Numbered from the stretch's first letter, positions 1 to 8,876 are shown. The stretch is DNA of 32,936 bases from an uncultured virus (IMG/VR IMGVR_UViG_3300025327_000001) (IMGVR_UViG_3300025327_000001); one strand, 5' to 3'. A program made the numbers and translations. The notes: a model not told the origin generated them from the letters alone.

Positions 1-142
1 ATAGTACATAATCTATATGTATTATCATGGAAGTAAAATGCTTCTTAAATCCAGAAGGAATATGTTTTTTAGGATGGACAATATTATAAATGATATTCCA
101 TTCTTTCTTTGTTATTCCGCGTGGTTTTTGAAGTCTGCTCAT
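1..142 (-). CDS. Partial hypothetical protein running off the window start (MSRLQKPRGITKKEWNII...)
   Basis: ATG at 142 follows GGGGAAGTGA; frame is open to position 1; not in the ORF track. Confidence 0.5.
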   Translation of the reverse strand, partial: MSRLQKPRGITKKEWNIIYNIVHPKKHIPSGFKKHFTSMIIHIDYVL

Positions 143-299
143 TCACTTCCCCCCTCAGTATGGTAATCTCATTCCTCAATTGTGCTATCTCATCACAACG
201 CCAATCGTGACTAATTGTAATTTTGGCGTGCTTACATATTGGACAAGTATCCCATACAGGGTCTTCAAATATATCATATATATCATTACTCATCTTCAT
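84..299 (-). CDS. Small Zn-binding/coiled-coil hypothetical protein
   Basis: CPIC..H..H..C followed by a heptad-like tail; co-oriented with neighbours. Confidence 0.6.
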   Translation of the reverse strand: MKMSNDIYDIFEDPVWDTCPICKHAKITISHDWRCDEIAQLRNEITILRGEVNEQTSKTTRNNKERMEYHL

Positions 300-471
300 C
301 CTCCAACGTTTCTAAGAAAAGTTCATAATCGTTGGTATAGACAATAGGTTCTTTGTTAATGATGGCTATTGTCTGTCCCACCATGAATTTATTGAATTTC
401 TTCTTGTTCGCTGGCGTCAACCCTTTCTCTATATCTGTCCACCGATATCCAATATCATTTACCTTTTCCAT
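286..471 (-). CDS. Hypothetical protein
   Basis: 61 aa ORF overlapping both neighbours in an operon-like arrangement. Confidence 0.65.
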   Translation of the reverse strand: MEKVNDIGYRWTDIEKGLTPANKKKFNKFMVGQTIAIINKEPIVYTNDYELFLETLEDEDE

Positions 472-685
472 CTTCTTTCAACCTCCTTGCTATTTCACTA
501 ATCTCTTCTAAAAGTTCCAATATCCTCTTATCCTTCTCATCGATAAGTTTGCGAAGATTTTCCAATTTCTGTTCTTGGTTTTGTTTTGATTTCATTGGAA
601 TATATTGTAGTTCTGGTTCCTGTGAAACTAATGTCTTTGATGACTTTCCTGTTCTTCGATGTTTAAACCATTTCATATTAACCAT
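455..685 (-). CDS. Coiled-coil hypothetical protein
   Basis: Heptad-rich C-terminal half (LENLRKLIDEKDKRILELLEEI). Confidence 0.6.
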   Translation of the reverse strand: MVNMKWFKHRRTGKSSKTLVSQEPELQYIPMKSKQNQEQKLENLRKLIDEKDKRILELLEEISEIARRLKEDGKGK

Positions 686-2672
686 CCTTTATATTCATAT
701 CCTTCGTTCTTTGCAATAACTCAGACAATGGTTCACCTATGACCAAATCCAATCTCTTCTTTTCTTCATCCCATTCTCTGATAAAGATATGCTCCCTAGT
801 ATCTGCATTAGCCAATCTGATATCTTCGACACGAAATACACGCATCTTAGAACCTAGTTCAAGTCCAAGATCGTTAGCGGCCCATTTATTAAGTGTCTCT
901 GTGCGGATAACGAAAGAACCATCCATATCATGGACAATCCCAAGACCACCTAATACGGATTCATCGTCCCTTTTGTCATAAGTTGAGGCTTTCTGGTTGA
1001 CACACAAGACGACAGGATACTTCTCCGTATTGTAGAATATCTCCTTAATCCCGAACATCATACGTTGGGCAAACACGAATGCCTGTGCTGGATAGGCTCT
1101 GATGAATTTGGTCAAAGAATCAATGACAATCAATTTGGGTTTGTCATGTTTATCGAGCCATGCTTGTATCGGATTTAATATACTCCTATCTACAAAACTC
1201 TCAATGACATTATATCCTGCTGACCCCGGTTGCAATCTATGACGGTCTATGAATGTCAAATGTGGGGTGTGCAACATCTTCCTATCCACGTTTAAATCCT
1301 GTCTGTGTTTATCGACAATTCTCATGAATTCTTTCTGTATAGATTCGTTGTACATATAAAGTACGTCGTCTTCACGAAGGGCCATGTTAATTGCTTCATA
1401 GATGGCCATTGTGGTATTATGCGTGGCAATCATATCATCAGTCAAATATAATCCATCAGGAGAATCGATAGCAATACATTGTGATTGTTCCCTTCCATCT
1501 TCAATTATAGATGAAATAAATCTCTTGGGTTGTTTTTTGAAACCATTTCCAAATATTTTACTTCTTTTTCCTCTAAAGATTTGAAGTCCTTTTGGCATTT
1601 TAATAGATAAAACATAACATGGTCTACCATATTTCATTTTTCCTTTATATATGAATTTAGGTATTTTTTTAATATTAACCCGGACTATTCCTCCAAAAGA
1701 ATGAACTAAAAACATAACATCATCTTTCAATTTGGGTGATGTCGTATAAAATACTAATCCTTTTTTAGATACATAACCATCAGTATCCATTAAACCTTGG
1801 AATAACTGTAATCTCTCTTGTGGTGATGCAAGCAAATACTTATCTGGAATATATTTTTCATGTGACTTTAGACCAAATAATCTTAAATTAGATAATTGTT
1901 CTTTTAATTCATTTTTCAATCTACCGCCATTCATTGGTCCAGAAATTCGCCAATCATAACGACTAACTTGTTTAAGTTTCAAATTATCATAATCTTTAAT
2001 ATAAGATGATATTTCTAACAATACTTTATTATCATTTGATGATATCATAATTTGGTTTGTTATTCCTCCATCTCCAATCAAAACACCTAATAAATAAGGA
2101 GAAACTTCCAGATTTTCTGATTTCCCAAAATTTATTGGAGATGTTAATGGAATGCTCCATCTTGATTTTAAATTATATTTCAATAATTCAGATAAGGACA
2201 CAGTTCGTGGTTTCCCTCTCTTTGAAAGGATAGTCCATAAATGTTCTTCTGTACATCTTGTACTACTACCATCTGAAAATTTAATTTTAAAAATAATTTT
2301 TTCTCCTTGTGGAAATATTCCAATAATTTTATGGAGATTGCCATCTATTCCAATGACTAGAGTATCCATATTTATATCTTTCATTAATTTCCAACCATTA
2401 GAAGTCAAAATTTTGGCATTCATCGGTTGTGCTTTTCCAGCCTTGGGAACGGAAACAACACTAATAACCGACCCCGGTGGATATCCCTTATTTCCCAATA
2501 ATTCATTCATTCCCTTTATCGTAGATTTGATATATTTCTGTTCGAATAATGTGGCATCCTCTTTTGGCGGAATGAACGAATGGAATCCTTGGTCGTCACG
2601 GGGGGTCTGATATTTCGTAAATGTTTGCTTCTTCACTAATGTCTGCTCTTCTTCTTCATTACCCAATTTCAT
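678..2672 (-). CDS. RecA/KaiC-superfamily P-loop ATPase (about 325 aa after splicing) containing an intein
   Basis: KSTIKGMNELLGNKGYPPGS pre-P-loop segment; Walker A SVPKAGK|T split by the intein; Walker B LIVIDS; VNQ motif; GG..I.H..D motif. Confidence 0.85.
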   Translation of the reverse strand: MKLGNEEEEQTLVKKQTFTKYQTPRDDQGFHSFIPPKEDATLFEQKYIKSTIKGMNELLGNKGYPPGSVISVVSVPKAGKAQPMNAKILTSNGWKLMKDINMDTLVIGIDGNLHKIIGIFPQGEKIIFKIKFSDGSSTRCTEEHLWTILSKRGKPRTVSLSELLKYNLKSRWSIPLTSPINFGKSENLEVSPYLLGVLIGDGGITNQIMISSNDNKVLLEISSYIKDYDNLKLKQVSRYDWRISGPMNGGRLKNELKEQLSNLRLFGLKSHEKYIPDKYLLASPQERLQLFQGLMDTDGYVSKKGLVFYTTSPKLKDDVMFLVHSFGGIVRVNIKKIPKFIYKGKMKYGRPCYVLSIKMPKGLQIFRGKRSKIFGNGFKKQPKRFISSIIEDGREQSQCIAIDSPDGLYLTDDMIATHNTTMAIYEAINMALREDDVLYMYNESIQKEFMRIVDKHRQDLNVDRKMLHTPHLTFIDRHRLQPGSAGYNVIESFVDRSILNPIQAWLDKHDKPKLIVIDSLTKFIRAYPAQAFVFAQRMMFGIKEIFYNTEKYPVVLCVNQKASTYDKRDDESVLGGLGIVHDMDGSFVIRTETLNKWAANDLGLELGSKMRVFRVEDIRLANADTREHIFIREWDEEKKRLDLVIGEPLSELLQRTKDMNIKDG
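1416..2432 (-). mobile_element. Intein (339 aa, residues 81-419), class 3 type, with LAGLIDADG homing endonuclease
   Basis: Begins AQPMNAKILTSNGW; block B TEEHLW; LAGLIDADG motifs LLGVLIGDG and LFQGLMDTDG; block F SQCIAID; ends ATHN before extein Thr. Confidence 0.92.
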
Positions 2673-2885
2673 TTACAATCCTCCCCCTCTATAGTACCAT
2701 CTTTCATATGCTTCTACATATTCAGGAAATCCTTTTCTTATTTTCTCTTTATTATAATTATCAGCCTTGGCAATAAGCCTTAATAACATGGCTCCAAACC
2801 AATCAGCCCGTGGGTTTCTAAGCACTTCCTCAACATTCTCTAAATCATATTCACTCATGTTTATCCACCATCCCATATATTTCAT
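2673..2885 (-). CDS. Small hypothetical phage-type protein
   Basis: F...L..LI.KAD..N..K....FPE motif; tight packing. Confidence 0.65.
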   Translation of the reverse strand: MKYMGWWINMSEYDLENVEEVLRNPRADWFGAMLLRLIAKADNYNKEKIRKGFPEYVEAYERWYYRGGGL

Positions 2886-2894
2886 TGATTGATT

Positions 2895-3068
2895 TTATTT
2901 TCCTATGACTGCACGTTCAATAAATAAAATACGTCGTTCTAATTCTTCTAAAGCCTCGTATAATTTAGTTTCTGCTCCAACTATCCCTAATTCTACATCA
3001 CCAGATAATTTTTTTACTTTTTCCATTAAATCTGATAATATTAAATCTGATAATAATACTCTTGTCAT
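2895..3068 (-). CDS. Small coiled-coil hypothetical protein (likely start MTRVLL)
   Basis: GGAG RBS and ATGA-type overlap with the NADAR gene end. Confidence 0.55.
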   Translation of the reverse strand: MTRVLLSDLILSDLMEKVKKLSGDVELGIVGAETKLYEALEELERRILFIERAVIGK

Positions 3069-3538
3069 CTTAACTCCTCTCTCACCTGCATTAACATCTT
3101 CCCTAGTTTGTCCTGACCTTTCATGCCCCAATACCTATCCGATGGACTGGCCTCATGTATTATTGAGTCTCCTGTGTCTATAAGCAAGTCTCGTATATCA
3201 GGGTTCTGTGTGAACTTGGCTCTCAATCCTGTAAGCATCACATTATCTTTAATCATTTCCCAATCTGCACGAAATTCTCCTTGCTCTGAACGAAGGGAAT
3301 GACCTGCTTTCATGGCCAAGAAAGGAGAGGGTGCTGAGGCAATCCACCATTTGATAAAGTCTGTTGTTGCTTTCTGCGATTGATAATAATGTTCATTGGT
3401 GGCAAATAGGAATTTTACATCGCTATCCTCATTATAATACATCTTCATTTGTTGCGCCGCCCTATAGAAATTACTCAGGAATCCATATGGTCCTTTCGTT
3501 GTATAGAATAATATCTCTTGTGGCATATTATCACTCAT
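3065..3538 (-). CDS. NADAR (YbiA-like) N-glycosidase / ADP-ribosyl hydrolase family protein
   Basis: FLSNFY, EHYYQSQK, KFTQNPD..LLDTG, EASPSDRYWG, G.D.LGK.LM.VRE motifs. Confidence 0.92.
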   Translation of the reverse strand: MSDNMPQEILFYTTKGPYGFLSNFYRAAQQMKMYYNEDSDVKFLFATNEHYYQSQKATTDFIKWWIASAPSPFLAMKAGHSLRSEQGEFRADWEMIKDNVMLTGLRAKFTQNPDIRDLLIDTGDSIIHEASPSDRYWGMKGQDKLGKMLMQVREELR

Positions 3539-3858
3539 GGGACTGCGACTGTCTTATGTTCTGTGCAAACAAATTTATCTAAATTCCAATCATACGATTC
3601 TGCCTTTTTCATACAATACTCAAACTGACAGGTATAGTAATGGTCCTTGTGTTGAGGATATGGGCATCTTGTTTCTAATTCGACTGTTTTGACCTTGGTG
3701 ATAATATGTACATTTTCATCATAAGCCATTTCAGATAGATGTTCATTAAGAAACTCACACAACGTTGGGCCTCTACCATCACCCCATTTTGGTAAATTTT
3801 TCAATAAATCAGTTTCAGCCAATAACTCAGATGGCACAATGATTATAATATCACTCAT
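3535..3858 (-). CDS. Hypothetical protein with C-terminal Cys/His cluster (likely start MSDIII)
   Basis: CQFEYC...CTEH motif; TGATG overlap with the upstream gene. Confidence 0.55.
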   Translation of the reverse strand: MSDIIIIVPSELLAETDLLKNLPKWGDGRGPTLCEFLNEHLSEMAYDENVHIITKVKTVELETRCPYPQHKDHYYTCQFEYCMKKAESYDWNLDKFVCTEHKTVAVP

Positions 3859-4190
3859 CAATAATCCCTTCTCTCTATATTCAATATTTTGAATACTCCA
3901 TTTGGTCTGTATTCTGCTACCCCGGAAATCCATTCATCACCAGCAGGACTATCATAAGTCTGAATATGGAATTGATATGTGTAATCGTTATTTGACATTT
4001 CCTCCATCTTGATTTTTTCTATATGTTCCTTATATTGATAAGAAGTCTTTTTATATTCTTCCCTATCCATCAACAGATAACGCAATATCGCTCTCCTAAT
4101 GATTATATCGTCAGTTTTAGATTGATTATACTGTACTGATAGATTTATCTTAGTATGACAAGTAGGACAGGTGATTTGTGATTCAATCAT
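3858..4190 (-). CDS. Hypothetical protein with N-terminal CPTC knuckle
   Basis: ITCPTCH motif. Confidence 0.6.
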   Translation of the reverse strand: MIESQITCPTCHTKINLSVQYNQSKTDDIIIRRAILRYLLMDREEYKKTSYQYKEHIEKIKMEEMSNNDYTYQFHIQTYDSPAGDEWISGVAEYRPNGVFKILNIERRDY

Positions 4191-4336
4191 AATTTCAATC
4201 CCTTACGTGCTTCCTTTCTTTTACGTAAAAATTCAGCCGCCAACGGAAAATTACGTTGAAGGGCTTCAATCATGTTATCTTGTTCTTTTATCAAGGCATC
4301 ACAGACAGGGCAATGTATATTTTCTATAGTAGTCAT
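4187..4336 (-). CDS. Small hypothetical protein (MTTIENIHCPVCDALIKEQ..., 49 aa)
   Basis: Below the ORF-track cutoff; fills the gap exactly with an ATGA overlap. Confidence 0.6.
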   Translation of the reverse strand: MTTIENIHCPVCDALIKEQDNMIEALQRNFPLAAEFLRKRKEARKGLKL

Positions 4337-4340
4337 TGTA

Positions 4341-4757
4341 TCACTTCTTAGATAAATATCTGCTCATCGTTGTCAGGTTCATTAAATCCTGATGCATTTC
4401 TACAATCTCATTTAATCTGTTGAGACAATGTTTGCATATACGTTTACAGTCCTGTGAAGATAATCTATGGTAATCCACACCTATAATATCTATCCTCTTT
4501 TTATGACGATAACATAGGGATACCCACTTATAGTCCTCACCAACTCTTAATTGTCCTTTAATTTGTTGTTGTTTCCAATGTTTACCTTTCTCAGAACTTA
4601 TATTAATTATACTATAGACAGTATGAGTCCTATTTCTAAATGGTTTGATAAATAAATGGAAACTATATCTATTACGTCCATAACGCCAATAAGGTTCATC
4701 ATAAATTATCTTACTCATTTTAATTATCATTTGAATTCTCTCCCGCAGTTCCAACAC
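4341..4757 (-). CDS. Zn-binding hypothetical protein (family D, similar to 11226-11531)
   Basis: H...SLC..H...CKHCL motif. Confidence 0.6.
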   Translation of the reverse strand: MLELRERIQMIIKMSKIIYDEPYWRYGRNRYSFHLFIKPFRNRTHTVYSIINISSEKGKHWKQQQIKGQLRVGEDYKWVSLCYRHKKRIDIIGVDYHRLSSQDCKRICKHCLNRLNEIVEMHQDLMNLTTMSRYLSKK

Positions 4758-5173
4758 GTAATTTTAAATGCCATCGGGTGTTTCTTGTCATTCAAATGAC
4801 CAGCCTTTACCGCATACAAACGACCAAGAGGAACATATGTATAACAATCTGCCTTGTTTAATTGCACATCTGTTTTGGATTGGGCATCTTTGAAACATTT
4901 ATCCGTACATTCGAAAGTTGATATACCATAGTTGGCCTCCAGATAATGATAAACACATAGCCATTCCCATGTAGAATGGATACGATGATAATTTCCTTTA
5001 TTTTGAGGACATTTCTTTTTCTTGTCTGATGTCCCATAACACCATAATCTGCTTTTCATCATTGTGAAACGACTATTCGATTCTTTGATACATGGAAAAT
5101 ATTTGCTACCATATCCATGCATATGGCATTTTATCTTCTTTGGGTGTTCCCATCTTGTTGACATATTATTCAC
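4727..5173 (-). CDS. Cys/His-rich hypothetical protein
   Basis: Many Cys/His residues, terminal CWNCG; GGTGA RBS. Confidence 0.65.
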   Translation of the reverse strand: MNNMSTRWEHPKKIKCHMHGYGSKYFPCIKESNSRFTMMKSRLWCYGTSDKKKKCPQNKGNYHRIHSTWEWLCVYHYLEANYGISTFECTDKCFKDAQSKTDVQLNKADCYTYVPLGRLYAVKAGHLNDKKHPMAFKITCWNCGREFK

Positions 5174-5175
5174 CT

Positions 5176-5838
5176 TTAATTATGCAAATCTACATTCACC
5201 AGATAATACTCTATATCAGATGCATAAATAGGTGTTTTAATGATATCATTTATTCTTGTTGGCCATTGACTCAAATGATGAGTATTTTGTTCTATATCAT
5301 AAAAATAAGAATAACTGTTATATCTATCCTTTAATAAATTATTAGAAATTTTACGATAATATCTTATCATTCCCTTTGCATGTTTGGATTCTTCATGTTC
5401 TTCAAAAATCTTTTTCTTATACGCCTGAATTTCTATAAGACATCTACCTATTTCCATTTGCATTGAATTATTCGAGATTTTTATTAAATCCCATATCTTA
5501 TGTTTATTCGCCTCAACCACTGGAAGGACTTCAGTATCATATGGTTCCTTATTCACTTTATCAAGAAATTCGTAATTAAGGCGTATAGGGTCTAATCCAC
5601 CTACAGTTTTCTGACGATAGAAACCCTTCTCATCCACAATTTTTTCTTGTAATTGTTTACCTTCGTCCGTATTCCAAGCCCATGCAAAACGACCACCAAA
5701 TTGGTACCAATCCCAAACGCGCTCATGTTTTGGGTCATTACCTCGGTCGCTGTAATAGGGTTCCAAGAACTTCTGTATTTTTTCTATGGAGTCTTTCTTA
5801 TCCTTGGCCCTGATTAACAATATATGATTGAAATGCAT
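5176..5838 (-). CDS. Hypothetical phage-type protein
   Basis: MHF start, WDWYQFGGRF motif, VDLH C-terminus. Confidence 0.75.
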   Translation of the reverse strand: MHFNHILLIRAKDKKDSIEKIQKFLEPYYSDRGNDPKHERVWDWYQFGGRFAWAWNTDEGKQLQEKIVDEKGFYRQKTVGGLDPIRLNYEFLDKVNKEPYDTEVLPVVEANKHKIWDLIKISNNSMQMEIGRCLIEIQAYKKKIFEEHEESKHAKGMIRYYRKISNNLLKDRYNSYSYFYDIEQNTHHLSQWPTRINDIIKTPIYASDIEYYLVNVDLHN

Positions 5839-5843
5839 ATTAA

Positions 5844-6200
5844 CTATCCCCCCTCTATTAATTTAACCATAGTTGCTACTGAATTACTAATATCCTGATA
5901 TTCTCCTCCATTACTAACTTTATCATATAATCCACAAAAACGTGGGTCATCCTTTTTTTCATCGTCGTAATAATCTCCAACGATGACTATTCTATCACCA
6001 GCCCAAGAACCTATTAATGGATTGTTAGATGGATAATCACCGCCACCACGACCATTACCTTTGGCCAATAGTAACGTCAATGCTGTCAATGTGCCTTGCG
6101 ATGAACAACCAAACTCCAATAGTTTAAGACCATCACCAAATTTATGCGGGTGGAGATATTCTTTTTTATCTAGATTGACAATCTTGTAATATTGACCCAT
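5844..6200 (-). CDS. Hypothetical phage-type protein
   Basis: MGQYY..VNLDKKEYL and GSWAGDRIVIVGDY motifs. Confidence 0.75.
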   Translation of the reverse strand: MGQYYKIVNLDKKEYLHPHKFGDGLKLLEFGCSSQGTLTALTLLLAKGNGRGGGDYPSNNPLIGSWAGDRIVIVGDYYDDEKKDDPRFCGLYDKVSNGGEYQDISNSVATMVKLIEGG

Positions 6201-6560
6201 TTAATCACTTTCCTCTTCGAAAACCAACAGGATGCAGAAATGTCCATTGTCGCTATTATCACCATCATTTGCCGTGGCTCCAAAATAGTAGGATGATTCA
6301 CAACGCCCAGTTTCATTATATTCATTTGCTTTCCATATCCCCTGTTTTGTAAGCCACCGAACAAAATCAACCATTACCGTATTTGGTTCCAATCTACCTA
6401 ATGGATAAAGTTCCTTTACTTTTCCTGCATTTATGTCTTTCTTTAATTCCCTGACATATTTCTCTGCCAATTTAGGGAATTCCTTACCTCCCCAATGGTT
6501 GAACAGAGCCACACTTTCCTCAGTGCCATTCACAAATGATATACTTACACGGTCGCCCAT
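6201..6560 (-). CDS. Hypothetical protein
   Basis: MGDR...HWGG...DNG motif; GGTGA RBS. Confidence 0.75.
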   Translation of the reverse strand: MGDRVSISFVNGTEESVALFNHWGGKEFPKLAEKYVRELKKDINAGKVKELYPLGRLEPNTVMVDFVRWLTKQGIWKANEYNETGRCESSYYFGATANDGDNSDNGHFCILLVFEEESD

Positions 6561-6567
6561 TGTTATA

Positions 6568-6753
6568 TCACCTTCTTTCTTTCTCTTTCCTTATCTTATC
6601 ACCAGATGCTTCCCATCTTGGTAATGCACTCGATGGTACATCATTACATTCAGTAGTTTGTTTACATATTTCACATAGCCCATATGATTTCAAGATAGAA
6701 TCAGGCCAGTTTCTTTTATTGGCGCATTTATCACAATAAAACATAATAATCAA
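6568..6753 (-). CDS. Small Zn-finger protein
   Basis: YCDKC...WP...S.G.CEIC....C motif. Confidence 0.65.
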   Translation of the reverse strand: MIIMFYCDKCANKRNWPDSILKSYGLCEICKQTTECNDVPSSALPRWEASGDKIRKEKERR

Positions 6754-6757
6754 TCAC

Positions 6758-7003
6758 TCATTTTCTTCTATTAAAAGAAAAGAGGAGGACAAACGACACA
6801 ATTATACCAAGGACAAACGGAGCGATTTCCTCCACTGTGGTCCCTTTAGAATATTTCAACACATATAACATTGCATATAATATAAATAACATTAACAATA
6901 TATTGCATAGTATGCTTGCACTAGTCCACATTATATCCCTAATCTGTCTGAATATTTCTTTCACCGTCATCTCTTTATCTCCTTTATAACTTTTCTTCAT
7001 CAA
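6758..7003 (-). CDS. Small membrane protein (2 predicted TM helices)
   Basis: Two long hydrophobic stretches. Confidence 0.6.
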   Translation of the reverse strand: MMKKSYKGDKEMTVKEIFRQIRDIMWTSASILCNILLMLFILYAMLYVLKYSKGTTVEEIAPFVLGIIVSFVLLFSFNRRK

Positions 7004-7229
7004 GACCCCATTGATTTTTTATTATCTCATTTATCTCGTTAACAATATCACCGAGTCCACTTTCGAAACTCACTATAATATCATGTATATATATCCGAGT
7101 ATTATTATCAATAAATTTATTTCTTTGTAAAATGGTAGATAGTTGTTCTATATGTACTCGCATACTATTCATCAATCCTAGACATGTATTCAGTTGATTG
7201 AATTCTCGTTCATTCTCCAATAAAATCAC
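6984..7229 (-). CDS. Hypothetical helical protein
   Basis: Co-oriented and overlapping neighbours. Confidence 0.55.
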   Translation of the reverse strand: MILLENEREFNQLNTCLGLMNSMRVHIEQLSTILQRNKFIDNNTRIYIHDIIVSFESGLGDIVNEINEIIKNQWGLDEEKL

Positions 7230-7368
7230 CTATAAAATCCATCAGTTCGTCTCTACTTGATGTTATCTTGCCATCGTTCATCTTTATTTTCTTATCACAT
7301 TTCCACAGATGATTCAATATTGAAAATATATCATCTGATATTGTTAGATTGCAGGCATTACATTTCAT
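7210..7368 (-). CDS. Small C2HC Zn-finger protein (MKCNACNL...HLWKC, 52 aa)
   Basis: Not in the ORF track; GGTGA RBS and TGATG overlap. Confidence 0.6.
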   Translation of the reverse strand: MKCNACNLTISDDIFSILNHLWKCDKKIKMNDGKITSSRDELMDFIGDFIGE

Positions 7369-7802
7369 CATTTCACCTTCTTCAAGAAAGAAAGTAGCCT
7401 ATTATTTCCCCATTCTGCCAATTCTGTCATCGTGGATAATGTTAATAATTTTGTTCTTTTTTCATTAGTCACTTTTATTGCTCTTGTAATATTTATGGTA
7501 TTGACAGGATATACAAGATTTTGGTCATTATCGAAAATAGGGTTATAATTGGAATCGGCGTTTAGAGATTTCCATGTCTCTATTGTCTTGCCTTTCTTAT
7601 CCATACGAACCCAAGTTATTATTGACGTTTCCAATGGTATGTTCAATTCAAATTTTTCAATAAAAGAATTTAATTTGCTATAAGTATCCAATTGACTATT
7701 TACATACTTAATGTATTTCGTGGCTTTTTCTTTGGTAGAAAATAGTGCTACAATCGCATAATCACTATATTCGCCCCGTGAAACTACATACACCATTGTC
7801 AA
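7368..7802 (-). CDS. Hypothetical phage-type protein
   Basis: VYVVSRGEYSDYAIVALFSTKEKA N-terminal motif. Confidence 0.7.
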   Translation of the reverse strand: MTMVYVVSRGEYSDYAIVALFSTKEKATKYIKYVNSQLDTYSKLNSFIEKFELNIPLETSIITWVRMDKKGKTIETWKSLNADSNYNPIFDNDQNLVYPVNTINITRAIKVTNEKRTKLLTLSTMTELAEWGNNRLLSFLKKVK

Positions 7803-7833
7803 TGGTTCACACCCTCTAATATTATAAGGTCAG

Positions 7834-7913
7834 AAAAAAATATCCACACCGGGACGGAAGGAGGAGGGTGGCAAGAAAATGCGTGGGCAATTCTTGTTAT
7901 TCCGCCCGGTGTG
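7834..7913 (-). terminator. Long GC-rich hairpin followed by a T7 tract (terminator or small structured RNA)
   Basis: CACACCGGG/CCCGGTGTG, CGGAA/TTCCG and CAAGAA/TTCTTG stems; TTTTTTT on the minus strand at 7834-7840. Confidence 0.6.
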
Positions 7914-7942
7914 AATGACCAATTTGGTCAATGTAAGGTTGT

Positions 7943-8794
7943 TCAGGTGAATGCTGCTTTTTGCAACTTCTCCTGTAATTTCTGTGGAGTCTTCGTTACA
8001 TCAACAATCCATCCACCATTTTTGATTGTCAATGTTATTCCTTGGCTACCATCACGCTTCTCGAACGTAAAGATACGACCATTCGCCAAGACTAACATAT
8101 GATACAGGTTTTGGGCCACTTCCTGATATTCGTCCAGCCAATCCTGTACACCGAACAAATCTGGAAGATTCTTGTCCAATGCGATGCGGAACCGCGTACC
8201 TTCCAAATCTTCTATCTCGGCACTAATCCAGCGTCGGTCATTCTCCTTATCTTCTCCGACATTCACATCGACAATCTCACCGAGCACCGTAAAATATCTG
8301 TTTTTATTGCCCGTTTTGGAGATTTCCACGGCTTGGTTGAATGTCGATAATTCCATAAGACCAACATCAATCGTTTCATCCGTTTTGAATGACGTATCAT
8401 TCGTGGTCCTATACGATGACGTATCGTTGGAAATAATCATAGTCTTTTGTAGATTTGTCCATCGAACGCCACTTAGATGCGGAGGTTCTTCCGGGAGATT
8501 ATCTGCAAAATCGAGGTCATGTAGATATATCCTACGATTCTTTCCATTCGCGTCCAAGACACGGAACCATACCGACGTTATTGTATTTGTCTTACGGTCT
8601 GTCTTTACGGCCTTCCCTAAATATGCTCCCTCCAATGTTACTCCCTTTTCCGTGAGTTTGTTCAGAGAGTTCAGGGCTCCAAGTCTTGTCTTAGAAACTG
8701 ATACGGCATTCTTCAATTTGCTATCAAAATCAGTTCCATAGTAGTCTTTCAGTTTGCCTTCCAAGTCAGATACGGTATTCCTATAGGGTGTCAT
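7943..8794 (-). CDS. Probable OB-fold single-stranded DNA-binding (RPA/SSB-like) protein; likely start MTPYRN at 8794
   Basis: Beta-rich OB-like patterns (FTVLGEIVDV, ISAEIEDLEG, VLANGRIF); own promoter and terminator; visibly higher GC; fold assignment is inference. Confidence 0.55.
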   Translation of the reverse strand: MTPYRNTVSDLEGKLKDYYGTDFDSKLKNAVSVSKTRLGALNSLNKLTEKGVTLEGAYLGKAVKTDRKTNTITSVWFRVLDANGKNRRIYLHDLDFADNLPEEPPHLSGVRWTNLQKTMIISNDTSSYRTTNDTSFKTDETIDVGLMELSTFNQAVEISKTGNKNRYFTVLGEIVDVNVGEDKENDRRWISAEIEDLEGTRFRIALDKNLPDLFGVQDWLDEYQEVAQNLYHMLVLANGRIFTFEKRDGSQGITLTIKNGGWIVDVTKTPQKLQEKLQKAAFT

Positions 8795-8828
8795 CTTGTC
8801 TTGCACCGTTCTTAGAGAAGCAACCATC

Positions 8829-8850
8829 TTATATAAACGTTGAGTTTTCT
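8829..8850 (-). promoter_or_regulatory. Archaeal-type TATA promoter upstream of the putative SSB gene
   Basis: GAAAACTCAACG-TTTATATAA about 35 nt upstream of the ATG at 8794, with GGTG RBS in between. Confidence 0.55.
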
Positions 8851-8876
8851 ATCTGGACAACAGGGAACACAAACAA

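Noticed and set aside
6170..6370. 66-aa minus-strand ORF
   Set aside because: Out-of-frame overlap with the better-supported 6201-6560 gene
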